A stretch of 63,837 nucleotides of DNA, the filler included, from Rhabdomonas costata (lineage: Eukaryota), in assembly GCA_019059605.1 (NCBI GenBank). It is 26 parts of 26 records of this genome, joined end to end, with 100 filler letters (N's around TTAATTAATTAA, not from the genome) between each part and the next. Parts side by side here need not be neighbours in the genome. Positions count along the whole stretch, not along the records: positions 24,584 to 26,942 come from JAHMHO010003821.1; positions 27,043 to 29,425 come from JAHMHO010003822.1; positions 29,526 to 31,884 come from JAHMHO010003823.1; positions 31,985 to 34,343 come from JAHMHO010003824.1; positions 34,444 to 36,802 come from JAHMHO010003825.1; positions 36,903 to 39,260 come from JAHMHO010003826.1; 20 more parts are not named here. One strand, written 5' to 3'. The translations under genes and the position numbers were made by a program. Position 1 is the first letter of the stretch. Every line of letters starts with the position of its first letter. The notes below the pieces were generated by a model. That model saw only the letters and a list, made by a program, of their open reading frames with translations, ran no database searches and was not told the origin of the DNA. Shown here one piece after another: positions 24,681 through 37,207 of the stretch.

Positions 24681-27336
24681 CTGGGCAGTGAAGTACCAGC
24701 ACACCATCAAGAAAAACGGCTACTCATTAGTCTGCTACCGCTACCGCTGAGAGCCCGGTGCGTGAGGCAGGCGGCGCCGATTTCCGATGTTCAGTGCGCC
24801 TATGCTTCTTCTCCTCATCTTATGCGTCTTTTGCGCCCAAGGCTCCTGAGTGCTTCAGATTGAGCCAGTGCTAATCGCGTCAGGACAAAGAAACTGCGCT
24901 GCTGTCTGCCTGGGAAACCCACTCCCTAGAAGCTATCAAGCGGTGTCACGACTGTGGCCTTGGTGCCACGGCACGCGACCATGGGTGGACAGCGCAAAAC
25001 GAAAAAGGGCAGGGGGGACGCACTGTCCGAGCACTGTTGACCATCGCAGGAAGCCCTCAGAGGAGGCCGTCTGCACACCAATGGACGATACACAAGCAAA
25101 TACGGAAACGCACTCTGCCGCGACGCAGTTAAAAAAGTGGTAAAAGAGCAGAAAAGGGATTGCAAGAAATTGTTCTAAGAGAAGATCCCTTCGGATAAAA
25201 AAGAATCTGACGAAAACGAGCAGAGCAATGAGCAAAAACAAGCCATGACCATAAATGCGTCGCGTCCATATTAACGAGGTCAGGCCAAATCTCACTGGCA
25301 CTGTGGGGAGACGAAGGGTTTGACAGACTGTCTGCGAAGAACCGACTTTGCCCACTCAAAGAGTGGAAATACCATTCTTTTTAGATTTGCTTCTCGCGCT
25401 TGATGAATCCCAATCCAAACACCAAGTGCAGGTAGCACTTCATACAAACGGCTGGTGGCTGGCTGGAGTGCTTGGCGGCAGACCAAAGCATGACAACACA
25501 CGAGAATAACTCCACACAATCTTTGCACACGTTTGGTGCTCTTGCCGCCGGTGAGTGGTAACGGCCAAAACAAAGGTCAAAACTTGGGCAATTTAACAAG
25601 TTGATATTTCCAGTCACATAAGTCCTCCCTTTCTCATCTTTCAGCAAAAACCCATTGTGCCAGCGCTCCTCTCCTTTTCTTAATCTCCGCTTCAGTGCAA
25701 CGCATCACCACTTACCAGTCGGATTCCTCAGGCCTGGACGCCCGACCTAAGATTCTTCAGTGTTTTATGTGTGTTCGGGGGAAGGGGGGCAAAATGCGTT
25801 CCTGGTTCTCCCGGAGCGATTCAGAAAGGGCAGAAAAGGAAGGGCTTGCCATTCTCCATGCTACACTTTTTTGTACACCACGATCATTGTATTTTCCCGC
25901 AAAGCCAAAGGAAGAGGTAAAAATGAAGGGAGAGAGAGGGCAGAATGTACGGAAAGAACGGGCCGGCTGAGGGCGCAGAGGAGGCAAAGGACACCCCGCC
26001 ACAGCGAAATAGAAACAGAGGCTTGTCGCCGAAAGGGAAACGGCGGGGAGCGGAGCTCAGGAGCTCATACATACATCGGAAAGAGTAGCACGGACTTGTG
26101 CAGGGACAGGTGCAGGTGAGAGTGGGATCTGCAGCAAGAGTAATAAGAGTGGATGTGGGGGAGCAGGGAGGATGGGAGGAGGAGACGGAGGGGGGCAGTC
26201 GAAGGGGCACCCGAGCCAAAACATCTCTCTGTTCCTCAAAGAGAGGAAGACAGGACACAGGGGAAAGGGGCCTTCAGCAAGACGAAAGGGCTATTAACAT
26301 TTTAGGAGGGGGCTCCCCGAGAACTTTGGATTTGCTATGTACAGATAGGTCTGGGAGGCTGCCCCTCCAGACGCACGCACGCCGTAGGCGGGCGCGCACT
26401 GTACAGCACAGCCATTCGGGGAGAGCGTGTGGGACTGGCTGCGCAAACCCCCACTGGTTCCCAAGGAATGAGTGAGGCGGCTTGGGGAGAAAGGAGCAAG
26501 GGTGGATGCTCCCATGCACACGCACACTTCATTGCCTTTCCCCGCAAAAGAAGGTGGTGGCTGCGGATTGCACCCAGTGGGTGGAAACAAGGAGAGGGTG
26601 CTGGATAGGTCAGTACCAGTACAGCTCCTGTTCAGGGCCAGGCCCTCTCAGACACATACAAACGCGCGCGCTCCATAAAGATGGTGGAAAAGACACACAC
26701 ACGCCAACGCACGCACGCACGCACAAAGATAAACACAGATACACGCGCGCGCGTATGAACACACCCCTCCCCTTTCTCGCGTCGAAAAAAATCCTGAACT
26801 TGGTGCCAGTCAGGTGAGCATGTCGTGGGGAGGGCGGGGCTTGCATAATCACAAAAACGACCAAAAAGAAAAAGTTCGAAACACACGGGGTTGGGTGAAA
26901 AAAGTTCAGCAACAAACACAAGTAAAGGTAATGCTGGAAAAANNNNNNNNNNNNNNNNNNNNNNNNNNNNNNNNNNNNNNNNNNNNTTAATTAATTAANN
27001 NNNNNNNNNNNNNNNNNNNNNNNNNNNNNNNNNNNNNNNNNNGTGTTGGGTGTGTGTGGTGTTGGGTGGAAATGATTGCAAATATTTGGCGCCCCACTCG
27101 GAGGCAGGCACGTTCAGGGGATACGATAGATAGGAAACAAATGGAGCGGCAGCTATCAAAAAAGGAAAAAAGGTAGAAACAAAATGCACGCAGAAGGCAA
27201 GGTGTTTTGGGAAAGAAGGGGAGCGTCATGTATGAAAAAACAACACTCCAGTACGCGGTTCATAAAAACGAGGTGGCATCATTTGCTTCTTGAATGCAAA
27301 CCCAGTTGATTTTCGTCCCAAGGGTGAGCAAACCCT

Positions 27337-27342
<6 letters not shown>

Positions 27343-27377
<35 letters not shown>
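27343..27377. repeat. (GA)n microsatellite
   Basis: Directly visible. Confidence 0.95.
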
Positions 27378-27381
<4 letters not shown>

Positions 27382-28263
27382 AAGATCATAAGATTCTGGC
27401 CCCTTCTCAAACCCCAGAGCCAACGAAACGCAGCGAATCCTTCTCTATCCTTCTTATCTCTTTCTCTATCCTTTCAGAAGGGCGATGCTCCCATCAAAAA
27501 CGAGGTTGTGGAAAACCCCAGAGACACGGAGAGAAGGCCATCACCATGACACAGCGCGTGCAGAGCACAGAAGTATCAGAAAGTTTGAACGCAGTACACA
27601 AGCAGAGGGGGTGTTGCGCTGGGACCGCGCGCTTGCGGCGGTCGTCCGAAGTCACATTGAGAACCCTGGAAACTGTCTCCAGATCCTGCGGCTCAAAGCA
27701 CCATGGCGTCTGCTGGCATCGTGCTCATGCTTCCTGAAAAGGCAGCACGTCCCACCCCGGGGAACCATGCAGACCCGAAAATATGGCCCGTGTCGTGTCA
27801 AAAGTGAGAGGCGAAAGCTGATGCCACCTGCGTATCTCGAGGATGTATTTATCGCAGAAAAAGGTAGCTTAACCAAGGCGAATGAACAAGAAGACTAGAA
27901 CCGATACATCGTTTTGCGTCACAACAGGAAAGCCCCCCTAGGTGTTCAGGGGGACCGGGCCTCAAACTACCCCACACTTACACAAAAATAGATCGAACCC
28001 CACGTGGCTGCTACGCCGCCATACAAAAATCCCGTGCAACAAGGTCAGAGGGGGCCTACAGCAGTTACCAACGGTTGCATCACACACAGAGCGCGGTGTA
28101 CAAAAACAATAGAGAAATAAAAGCTATGAAACATGAAAGAGATCCACGCCCACCTTGAAAAGGCCTGGTAGTATCAAAACAAACCAAAAACCAGCGTTAT
28201 CACCACTATTCAAAAGTGAGGAGCCGGAAGCCAATTGTGTGGTGGAAAGAGAAAGCAACCGAC

Positions 28264-28402
28264 CTTCGACGCTCATTCGGCTGGTCCGGAGGCCGATCTT
28301 GTTGCCAAGGCGGAGGTCCCGGGCGCGGCGCTTCAGCGCGTTCCGCAAGGCTTCCTGCGAGCTCTGGGCCTGGCTGCGCCTCTTCAGCTCCTCCGCGGTG
28401 AA
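28264..28402 (-). CDS. Internal exon of an unknown protein
   Basis: CAG/GT-bounded, GC3-rich: FTAEELKRRSQAQSSQEALRNALKRRARDLRLGNKIGLRTSRMSVE. Confidence 0.55.
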
Positions 28403-28442
28403 CTGGGTGGGGGGTCGGAAGTGAAAGTCTGCGAGGCACAGC

Positions 28443-28443
<1 letters not shown>

Positions 28444-28482
<39 letters not shown>
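28444..28482. repeat. (CA)n microsatellite
   Basis: Directly visible. Confidence 0.95.
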
Positions 28483-28485
<3 letters not shown>

Positions 28486-30082
28486 CATGTGCATTCGGGG
28501 GCGGTTAGAGGCGGTTGCAGGGCGACGGTCATGTCAATCGAGAGAGGATCTGGGAAAGGGGCGACAGAAGTGGGCCACATACTGAAACAGGGAGAGAATC
28601 AATGAAGATGAAGTTACTTATTTCTGACCGAGGCCTTCTCGAAACTACCACAAAACCGTATGAAAGTACCAGAGGATGCAATTCTAGCGGTTGGGCTGTG
28701 CGCCTCCCCATTATTTCGCCCTCTCTCGTGGATGAGGTAATGTGGTTGTTGTGCCCTGGTCGTTTGCGGAGACCTTGTGCCTCAAGCGAGCTTCTTCCTG
28801 GCCAAAGGTGGGCTGATGCAGACCAGCTGTCCGATGATGGGTGGAGATTATTGGGAAATCTTGATGGCGCATTTTTCGGCGTTTGGACAGAGTATCATGG
28901 AACTCTCACTCCGCCTTTTCTGCTGCGTGGGATCCTCAAGCCATCTTCCTTTAACAAACAACTCACCCATAGACACTCGATTAGTATACCGCACAGAAAA
29001 AGGAATTGAGATGTTTCCCGGAGCAAACACACCCACACACTGGCATAGTTGTTGGGAGATACTGGGCGGGGAGGGAGGGAGACAGAAAGACAACGTTCAG
29101 CGGTGACCATTCGCTGGAACCCCAACGTGCCACAAGACCGTAAACTGTACAAGTATCAATGATCGCTCAGTTTCATTCACCCCTAAGGATGTGTGGCACG
29201 GCAACCTTTGGGACATTGGTTAAACGCCCCCCCCCCAGACACACACACACACATACTGCCAACATCATGAAACGCACAAAATGCATCTGAGCTGGGCTGC
29301 GGGAGAGAGGTGCTCAGTCCCTGGCCACACCCATCATTTGCCGCTGGGGGATGCGGACTCTCCTCTTGAGCCGCTCTCGCCTGCACAGGTGCACAATGCA
29401 CAATGCAACGGGCCAACCCCCCCACNNNNNNNNNNNNNNNNNNNNNNNNNNNNNNNNNNNNNNNNNNNNTTAATTAATTAANNNNNNNNNNNNNNNNNNN
29501 NNNNNNNNNNNNNNNNNNNNNNNNNGGTGTTGGTGTGCGTGTGCGTGTGCGTGTGCGCGTATGTGTGTGCTGTCAGGCAGTATTGCCTTCTGTGTGTGCA
29601 CCCCCACCCGCCCACCTACACACACAAGGCTGTGTTTGGGATGTGACAAAGAAGGCTCGAAAGCGGGAGTGAGTTGACATGGTTGTTGTGGTTGGAATCA
29701 TTATTGGGAAACCCGAAGTATAAGCTGAACCGCGAAGAAGAAACGGCAGCGGCTCCTCTCGGATTTCGCCCCGTTGGCACAAAAAACGCCGAAAACGCCC
29801 CCCAGGGGTCGTGCAGCGAAAGTTTTTAACTGGAGAGAGTACGGCTCTGCTGGAGGGAAAACACCAGCATAACCCGAGTGAGAGGGAGTCACAAAAGGCT
29901 GAATGTGAAGCTTGGGGTCGGGGCAGAGAAGGATTGCTTTTACTACTAGTATTTTGTGCCTTTCAGTCAGGTGAAGATTCACGAAGATTCACCCTTGCTT
30001 GTCTCGAAATCGGAATGAGGTTGGGAATGGGATGATGTTAGATTGGGGATGGAATTGAGATGGGGATGGTTTGTGTATTGAG

Positions 30083-31123
30083 GTACGTGCTGGGACTGGT
30101 GCAAGCCCTGATGAATGCCTTGGAACGGCTGTCGTGCGAGGGGTACCGCGGAGGCTCGCAGGGCGATCTGGCGGCGCTGTTCCTGCTGAACAACAACCAC
30201 CACCTGCACGGCCGTGTGGTGGGGCACCCCGAGCTGAGCCGGTGTGTGGGGCCCTCGCGGCTGAGGCTCTTGCAGGAGTCTGTGCAGCAGCAGAGGAAGG
30301 AGTACCTCACCCGCGGCTGGGGCAAGGCCGTCGCGATCTTGACAAAGGTTTGTCATTCCTCGCTCTGCCAGCCCACTCGCACTCACTCGCGGGTTGCGCC
30401 TGTACATGGTTACTGTGCATGTGGCATGTGTGCTGCGCGCTGACAAAGACTACTCTACAGAATACTTTATGTGTCAACCGGGGGTGCCGTCGGCTGTAGT
30501 TCGCGATGCGGTGGTCAACCCTGCGAGACGAGGGAGAGTAGCATGACGAAGGCGTAGAGGTGACCGTGACCGTGAAGGGAAGGTGAGGCCCGTGAGCCGT
30601 GTAACGCGGAGCTTCTTTCCAGACGGCGGTTTTTTTTGTGAGCACAAGCTTTCCGCGCTGCTTGTGTCATTTCACTTTTCCCACACTGATTTCAGGCTGC
30701 TGGAAGCAGGACTTATAGGCCCATGTGTACAAATGTATTTGTGGGACACGCAGCCACTAGTTTGGGGATGTGTGGTGATCTGGGTCTCTCTTGTAGGAGT
30801 ATGAGTCGGTGCTGCAGCACAAGCTGTCGAAGTACCGCGACATGGAGCTCAGCCGGAACACCCGCGAGCTCCTGAAGGCGATGTTCCTGGGCTTCTTCAC
30901 CGAGCTGGATGCCCGAGTGCAGGCCCAGCGGAGGTACTGCGTCCCCAACCCCACGCTGCGCGCGGAGCTGCGCTCCGCCGTAACGGCGATGGTGGTGCCC
31001 CCTCTGGAGACCGCGCTGCGGACCTACGGGGGGCTGAACTTCACTCATGACAAGGCAAAGTACCTGAGGTACGATGTGGCCACTGTGAAGAGGATGCTGG
31101 GCCAGCTTTTCGAGGGCAGCTAG
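30083..31123 (+). CDS. EXOC7: Exocyst complex component Exo70, C-terminal part (exons 30083-30347, 30797-31123)
   Basis: LAALFLLNNNHHL...YLTRGWGKAVAIL, then RELLKAMF.GF..E....QRRYCVPNPTLRAELR..V...VVP...FTHDKAKYLRYD...MLGQLFEGS*. These are the Exo70 C-terminal signatures. Confidence 0.92.
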
Positions 31124-32226
31124 CCAGGCGCTTGCCGTGGAGCGTGGGGGATGCAGATGGTGGTTTGACTGTTGGCGTGTTGCTGGATTCACTGTTTTGA
31201 GAATGTGGCTTTGTCCATTCGGTATATCGTTGGAGTCAATTGTACAATGGATTCACTCCCCTCCCTGACCCCTATGACACCCAGTCTCCCTTCTCCGATG
31301 CTTTTGTACGTGCCAGCCACCGTGTGACATTACGAAGACAGATGGAGTGAAGGATCCAGACAACGCTGCCGAGATGTCTGTGAACGGGGTGAAAACCGAA
31401 AGAAAAGGAGGACATTTTCTATAAGTGAAAACCCTTTCGCAGCCTTCCTGATATTTTATGCATCCAGATTCGCCCTTGTGTGACAAGGTGTTGGAAGCTT
31501 CCGCTGCATACCATAGCATGCCAGCGAGAGAGTTAGCGTCACTCACCGCGGTAGCCTGGGCGGCGCGCGGTGTTCAGCAAGCGCGAGGGATCCTGAGACT
31601 GCAGATACGTCTCTGCGGCAGATAATTTCATGCGGCATGCGCTTGGCCCCTTTACGAGGCGAGCTTTTCCTTCTTGACGCTTTTCCTACAACGTGTGTTG
31701 TAAATGCAAAGTGCGATTGGCCGTCTGATCTTTTGTTTTGAGGATGCGGGATGATGGTTGTGAATTGGAAGGAGAGTGTTTTGGTTTTTCCTGTCCCAAA
31801 GAACCTGAACGTTTTTCTTTTCATTGCCCCCCCAACCACCCACCCATCTGCGCTCTAATGCTGTTTTTCTTGACCCCAACCACANNNNNNNNNNNNNNNN
31901 NNNNNNNNNNNNNNNNNNNNNNNNNNNNTTAATTAATTAANNNNNNNNNNNNNNNNNNNNNNNNNNNNNNNNNNNNNNNNNNNNGGTGGGGGTGGTATCG
32001 GCCGGGCCCCCCCAGTCGGCCTGGCAAGGGCTGCCCAGCCTTGAGCTATGGTACGCACCGGAGCTGATACGTTAATGCAAAGCTGAAAGTGGAGTGACCC
32101 GCTTCCCATGAACAAAACCACCGGTCGGGTGACAAGTGTCAGCGCTCCTTTTTTTACTCATGGTGTTTGACTACTTCTTTCTGGTCCCAATTTTGTTTGC
32201 TGAATTTGGATTTCCGAACGCTACAG

Positions 32227-33067
32227 GGTGCGTTGCTACACCCCGGGTTCCAACAAGCTTCTGACGATTCTGCTGGAATCCCTGGAGATGTTCTGGCCCG
32301 CAGACTACGGCCGACTGGTTCTTTCTCCCTTGAGATCTGAGTCCGGATTTTTTTTCTGCGGACAAGTCTGTCTTGGTGTCTTGGTTTTCTTTTTTTTTTC
32401 GCCACTTCTGTAGCTTATCCTTTTTTTTTGTGGCATGATTATGCTGAGTATGGGTGTATGAGTGTCTTTTACCCTTTAGGTTGTTGTTCTGGATGATGAG
32501 TCTCCCCGGGACCGCGTGTTTGGGGAGTTCCTGCAGGTTGTCCCGCCCTTTCCCAGAGTGGCTTACCAGCCCGATCCGGGGCCTGACCTGTTCCCAGCCC
32601 GCATCTGTGGCCGCAGCAAGGGTTATGATCGCCAGGTTTGAACGTGGTGCCTTGCGTTTTTGTGTGGTTTCCATTTTGGTGCACATAAAATGAACCAGAG
32701 CCTGGTCCTGTTCTGACCAGTGGAGTTTCAGTTCACCAGATCACTTACAACAAGCGACTTTCCGCTTTTCTTACCCCCCCCCCTTCCTAGCGAACTCGAT
32801 TCCTTGGATCCGACCTCATTTCACCCTTCACTGGTCATACAAACTTTAAATGCGAACACCCACCCACTTACATTCTCCTAATTGCAGATGTGGAGTGGGT
32901 TTTACGCTGACTTGTACACCGACGCGGAGGTCATCGCCATTGTCGATAATGACTGTTTGTTCGTTACCCCGGCTACCCCAGGGGACCTGTACGACCCCCG
33001 CGGGAGGCCTCGGGTGATCGGTAAGCAGACGGTGTGGAACGAGGCGGAGCAGAAATACTTGGTGAAG
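32227..33067 (+). CDS. GT-A-like glycosyltransferase (DUF6492-like), partial (exons 32227-32317, 32480-32635, 32888-33067)
   Basis: SLEMFWP...VVVLDDES...GYDRQ-MWSGFYADLYTDAEVIAIVDNDCLF contains a DxD motif. Phases are consistent. Confidence 0.68.
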
Positions 33068-33416
33068 GTGCGTGCCACCCCAATCTTTTTTCTCCCCATT
33101 TGAGTCCCCCGAGGATCGAATGCTCTGCGACAGAGCATTCTCACGTTCACGGCTTCACAGCTCACGAGATCGGAAGCGTGAGGAAGTAGCAAGCCCACGG
33201 CGAGTGGAAAAGGGATGGAGGGGCTGGTTTTGTTCTCTATTCTGTATTTTTGGATTGGTTTGCAATGCTCACGGGGAAAATCGGGGGGGGGGGGTTTATT
33301 GTATTGGATTCTGTGTGTGCGTTACCAGAGTTCGAAGGACGCGGACAATTTTACGCGTTTTATCTGGTATTACTTTAGAGGCTGTTGTCCTCAGCAGCTG
33401 TTGCCATGATTTTGTG

Positions 33417-34343
33417 ATGAAGGTCCCGCTTTTTCTGGTTGCCCTCGTTGTAGTAGTCGTACCACTTGTCCCAGGGGTCGTTTTTGCTGCGATCCTGCAG
33501 TTTCGCGCCAATCGAGCCCTTGACATCACCAGTGGTGTAGTCGAGGCTGCTGACACAGCCCTATTTGCCGCCCAATCCACTATTGGCTCTACCCGAGCAT
33601 CTTCAGATGCCTCTGGGCAGGCCGCCAGAGCCGGGATGGACTCAATATCCACTCTGAAACCGTCCATCCAGCAAGGTATTCTTCAGCTGCATATGAAAGC
33701 GATGCGGCAGATGCAGTCCGTGATCAGCACTCGTCTGGACGCCGCGGAGGGGGTCACCAATGCTCTTTGGCTGGCCTGGCATCAAGGGTTCCTAGGTTCG
33801 TGTAACCCGGACAACAACGGCACAAGCAGGAAGGTTACCACAGTGCAGTTCATGCAAGAGATTGTGGAGCAGGCGGTTGTGTATCCGTCGTTCTTCAAGT
33901 TTATATACTTTGCCGAGCCAAATCCAGTGATGTCTGGCAACTGGACTGCTTGTGGATGGGGCAGTGATCCCGACTATCCCTTGTTTGCGATGGGGAATGA
34001 TCAGCGGTACATGACCTGGCGTCTGGACCCCACTCTAAACCCAGCGAGTTACTTGGGAAAGGATGATTTGGTGACGCCGAACTCGCTTTCTTCTTTGTTC
34101 ATTGACAGGCCACAGGCTTTTCAAGTGTTCTTGACCACCGGCATTGCGTGGATAAGATACGTCTTGAGGGATGCTTTGTTTGAAGTGACTCGTTCCACAC
34201 GTCTGCTTTTGGGCCATCTGAAGGGTGCATTTATTGGGTCTCAGATGGTTGGCATTTTTGGCATCAGCTTGGAAATGGACTTTCCATCAGAATTGCTTCA
34301 GCGCAGCTTAGTCTCCAAGGGATCGATCGCCTTCCTTTCGGAT
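33417..34343 (+). CDS. Membrane receptor N-terminus (TM helix, long helix, dCache-like sensor); probably a receptor nucleotide cyclase or kinase; 3' truncated
   Basis: 927-nt uninterrupted ORF with an N-terminal hydrophobic helix, then FIYFA...RP...TG..W..Y...VGIFGISLEMD..SELLQ....KGSIAFLSD, which follows the dCache pattern. The output domain is not in the contig. Confidence 0.7.
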
Positions 34344-34469
34344 NNNNNNNNNNNNNNNNNNNNNNNNNNNNNNNNNNNNNNNNNNNNTTAATTAATTAAN
34401 NNNNNNNNNNNNNNNNNNNNNNNNNNNNNNNNNNNNNNNNNNNTGTGTTAGGTGAGTTTGGTGTTGTGT

Positions 34470-34593
34470 GGCACCAGATCAAAGAAAGGGCGTCCTCCCA
34501 CATCCTCGCTAGCCCTCTTCATTCTCCCGACCTCACGATCCACTCACTGTAGGAGGAGGATGTGGGAGGACGCCCTTTCTTTGATCTGGTGCC
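34470..34593. mobile_element. 124-bp MITE-like element with perfect 38-bp inverted repeats
   Basis: GGCACCAGATCAAAGAAAGGGCGTCCTCCCACATCCTC (34470-34507) and its exact reverse complement at 34556-34593. No target-site duplication is visible. Confidence 0.65.
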
Positions 34594-34770
34594 TACCAAT
34601 ACTGTGCAACAAAAGAAGTCAAGCAAGCAGAAAATCTCGAGATAAATGAGAGCAAGATAAATGAACGGAGAGTGGTGTGCAGGCTGAATCCACAATAACG
34701 CGCCCACTTCTGTCCGAGAGGCTTTCCATTGAAAGATAAAAGATCGAAATTTGTACAGTTAAGTTTATTT

Positions 34771-34967
34771 GGCGTTACTTTAGAATTGTACCCACCTCTG
34801 TCTTCAGGTTTTTTTTTGAGATGCTTACGCTTTATGATCTTTTCAGTGACATGTATTCAGCTACTTTCAATGACGTGTTTATTGGCTTCTTTGACGTTAC
34901 CTTAGGGGGTTATGGTTAGGGTTAGGGTTAGGGTTCCTGGCCGTGGGTACAATTCTAAAGTAATGCC
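34771..34967 (+). mobile_element. Merlin-derived MITE (197 bp) with internal TTAGGG repeats
   Basis: 25-bp TIRs GGCGTTACTTTAGAATTGTACCCAC / GTGGGTACAATTCTAAAGTAATGCC (1 mismatch), flanked by the direct repeat TTTATTT. Both ends are homologous to 48709-49093. Confidence 0.88.
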
Positions 34968-36058
34968 TTTATTTATTGGTTTCACTGCAGTACCTCCCTT
35001 CAGGCCACAGATAAGATGTTTGTCATGCAACCTGGGCTTTTGCTTTCACAGCAGTGTCAGAACAGAGCCAAACGCGGAAAAACATTCCTTCTCACGCGTC
35101 CACCACACAAGCAGCCTCGAAGTTGACCACTTACGTGCAAGGAGAACAACTGGAAGTGGGCAAAACCGAACACAACAAGCAAAAAGAGAACAGCAGAAAG
35201 AGTCATTCCATTCCGCCCATTTCAAAGATGTCAAATTTGAATAGGGATCAATTCAAGGTCAGCTCCGGCTCCGAAAACGCTTGGGGGGGGGGGAGAGAAA
35301 AAACAAGGGCACAAAAGAGCAAAGGCGGATCTGGTCACCCATACTATAAATGCGTCACGGCCTGACACCGACACAATTAAGGGAAAAAAGAGGAAGAATG
35401 GGGTAAGGCAGAGCTGCGTGCACGCGATATGAGGTGTCATTCTGCTTGATTGAAAAAGGAAGCCATGTCCGAGCAAACAGGCACCAAACCGTCAGCCTCA
35501 AGGGATGATAGAGCCAGGCACCCTCGCAAACGCAATATACCGAATAAAGTCGAATAGGAGAACGTTAAAAAAAAACGGCAGCTAAAAAACATCCGGGGTT
35601 GGTGGCAGATAATCGAGTTGGGCGGGCGGACACACCAGCCCACTGGTCAAGCAACGACTCTTTTTCAGGAGGCGTATAGGAAGGGGGGGGGGAAGAGATG
35701 GGTTCTGCTGCTAGTGTTGTGCACAACAGAGGGAAGTCGTGTTGGGCTGCAACATGACCTGCACAAGGGTGCGCCTGGCAGGCAAGACAACAAAGAAAAG
35801 AAAAACTCGCGTGAAAAGGGAAGCAGACTGCCACGCAAAGTCGACTTCCCAAATGGAAAGCCGCAAACAAAGCGTCAGAAGAGGCACCAAGGTCACTAGA
35901 GAATCCCACACACGGACTTGTGTGCAGCAATAACAGTTTAGATATTATTGAAAGCTGTCATTCTATGCAGAAAGGCACTAGCAAAAAAAAAACAGAATCA
36001 GCCAAAATTACACGATGGGGGATAAGCCTTGTGCCCACGTCCCCGGGTCCATGCTCAC

Positions 36059-36272
36059 AGAGATTTGGAGCTCAGGCATTGGGGCAGTGGAGAGGTCCCG
36101 GGGTGTGGCGGGGATCTCTGCCGAGGGAGGGGGCTCTTCAGGGAGCTCCAGCTCACCCCACGTGGGGTGCACCGCGCGGAGACCCACGGCCATCGCCAGC
36201 GGCACGCCGACTGCAGGGGCCACTGGAGTTCCAACGACTATCCCGTCACCTGCGAAAGTCCGGCCGGCAGTC
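36059..36272 (-). CDS. Internal exon of an unknown Pro-rich protein
   Basis: AAG/GTGAGC-bounded GC-rich open frame TAGRTFAGDGIVVGTPVAPAVGVP...PELQIS. Confidence 0.45.
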
Positions 36273-37207
36273 CTTGAAAACGCGATTCGATAAAAACCAA
36301 GCAACAGTTGGCATACCACCAATTCACGGAGAGTACCGAGTACCAGAACCCATGCGAAAAATGCTTCGTACACCTCGTATAAGTCGACTTTTTTTGTGCA
36401 AATGGGGTGAGTGGGATAATCCGAACAAAACACAAGAAAAAGACACATGCCGCGGAAAACCTGCAGGCCCTGCACTTTAAGATCCGAACCGAAAACAACG
36501 GCAAGTTGCACAACAGCACCTTTCTGGGTTTGGCTCGTGCGCAGGAAGCACAAGAAAACATTGTGGTAAAGTCTTGAGGACGTTGCGATGAGTGTGTTGA
36601 GTGAAGCGGCAGCGGCAGCGGCAAAGGTCAAAGCAAGGCACAACCATCACGTCAGTCACCGCGCTCGAGCAGTGTAATCCATCCATATGCATATGCTTGT
36701 TCAGCAGTGCTGGTTTAAGAGTTCGCTTCGCACTGGTCTTGTGCTTTCCAAGCTGTACGGGACCCCCCCCCGCGTCTCCCTGAAGCCTCCGCTCGTGAAC
36801 TGNNNNNNNNNNNNNNNNNNNNNNNNNNNNNNNNNNNNNNNNNNNNTTAATTAATTAANNNNNNNNNNNNNNNNNNNNNNNNNNNNNNNNNNNNNNNNNN
36901 NNGGTTTTTGTGGAAAGGCGAAAAATGAAGAACAGACGGCTGTCAATCTGGGTGAAGCTGTTTTTGCCCCCCTCCCTCACCCCCTGGAAAACCGGGATTT
37001 ATCTGGACGTACGAGAGTACCTAAGATCTAGTTCCCAAGAGACATCCTGGGAATATGCCCGCGGACATTTGCATCGCCTCTTAACCCCCTCCAAGATCTT
37101 CTGTTCGAGTTTCCAAGATCTTCTGTTTGAGGGCACTTGCATCGCCCTCAAACCCTTTTGTTGGAGTCAGGGACATGTGCACTATACTCTGGTTTGTGGT
37201 GTCGCAG

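Noticed and set aside
2817..31123. Two exocyst genes (Sec10, Exo70) in one window as a functional cluster
   Set aside because: They lie on different contigs apparently grouped only by length, so no linkage can be inferred.
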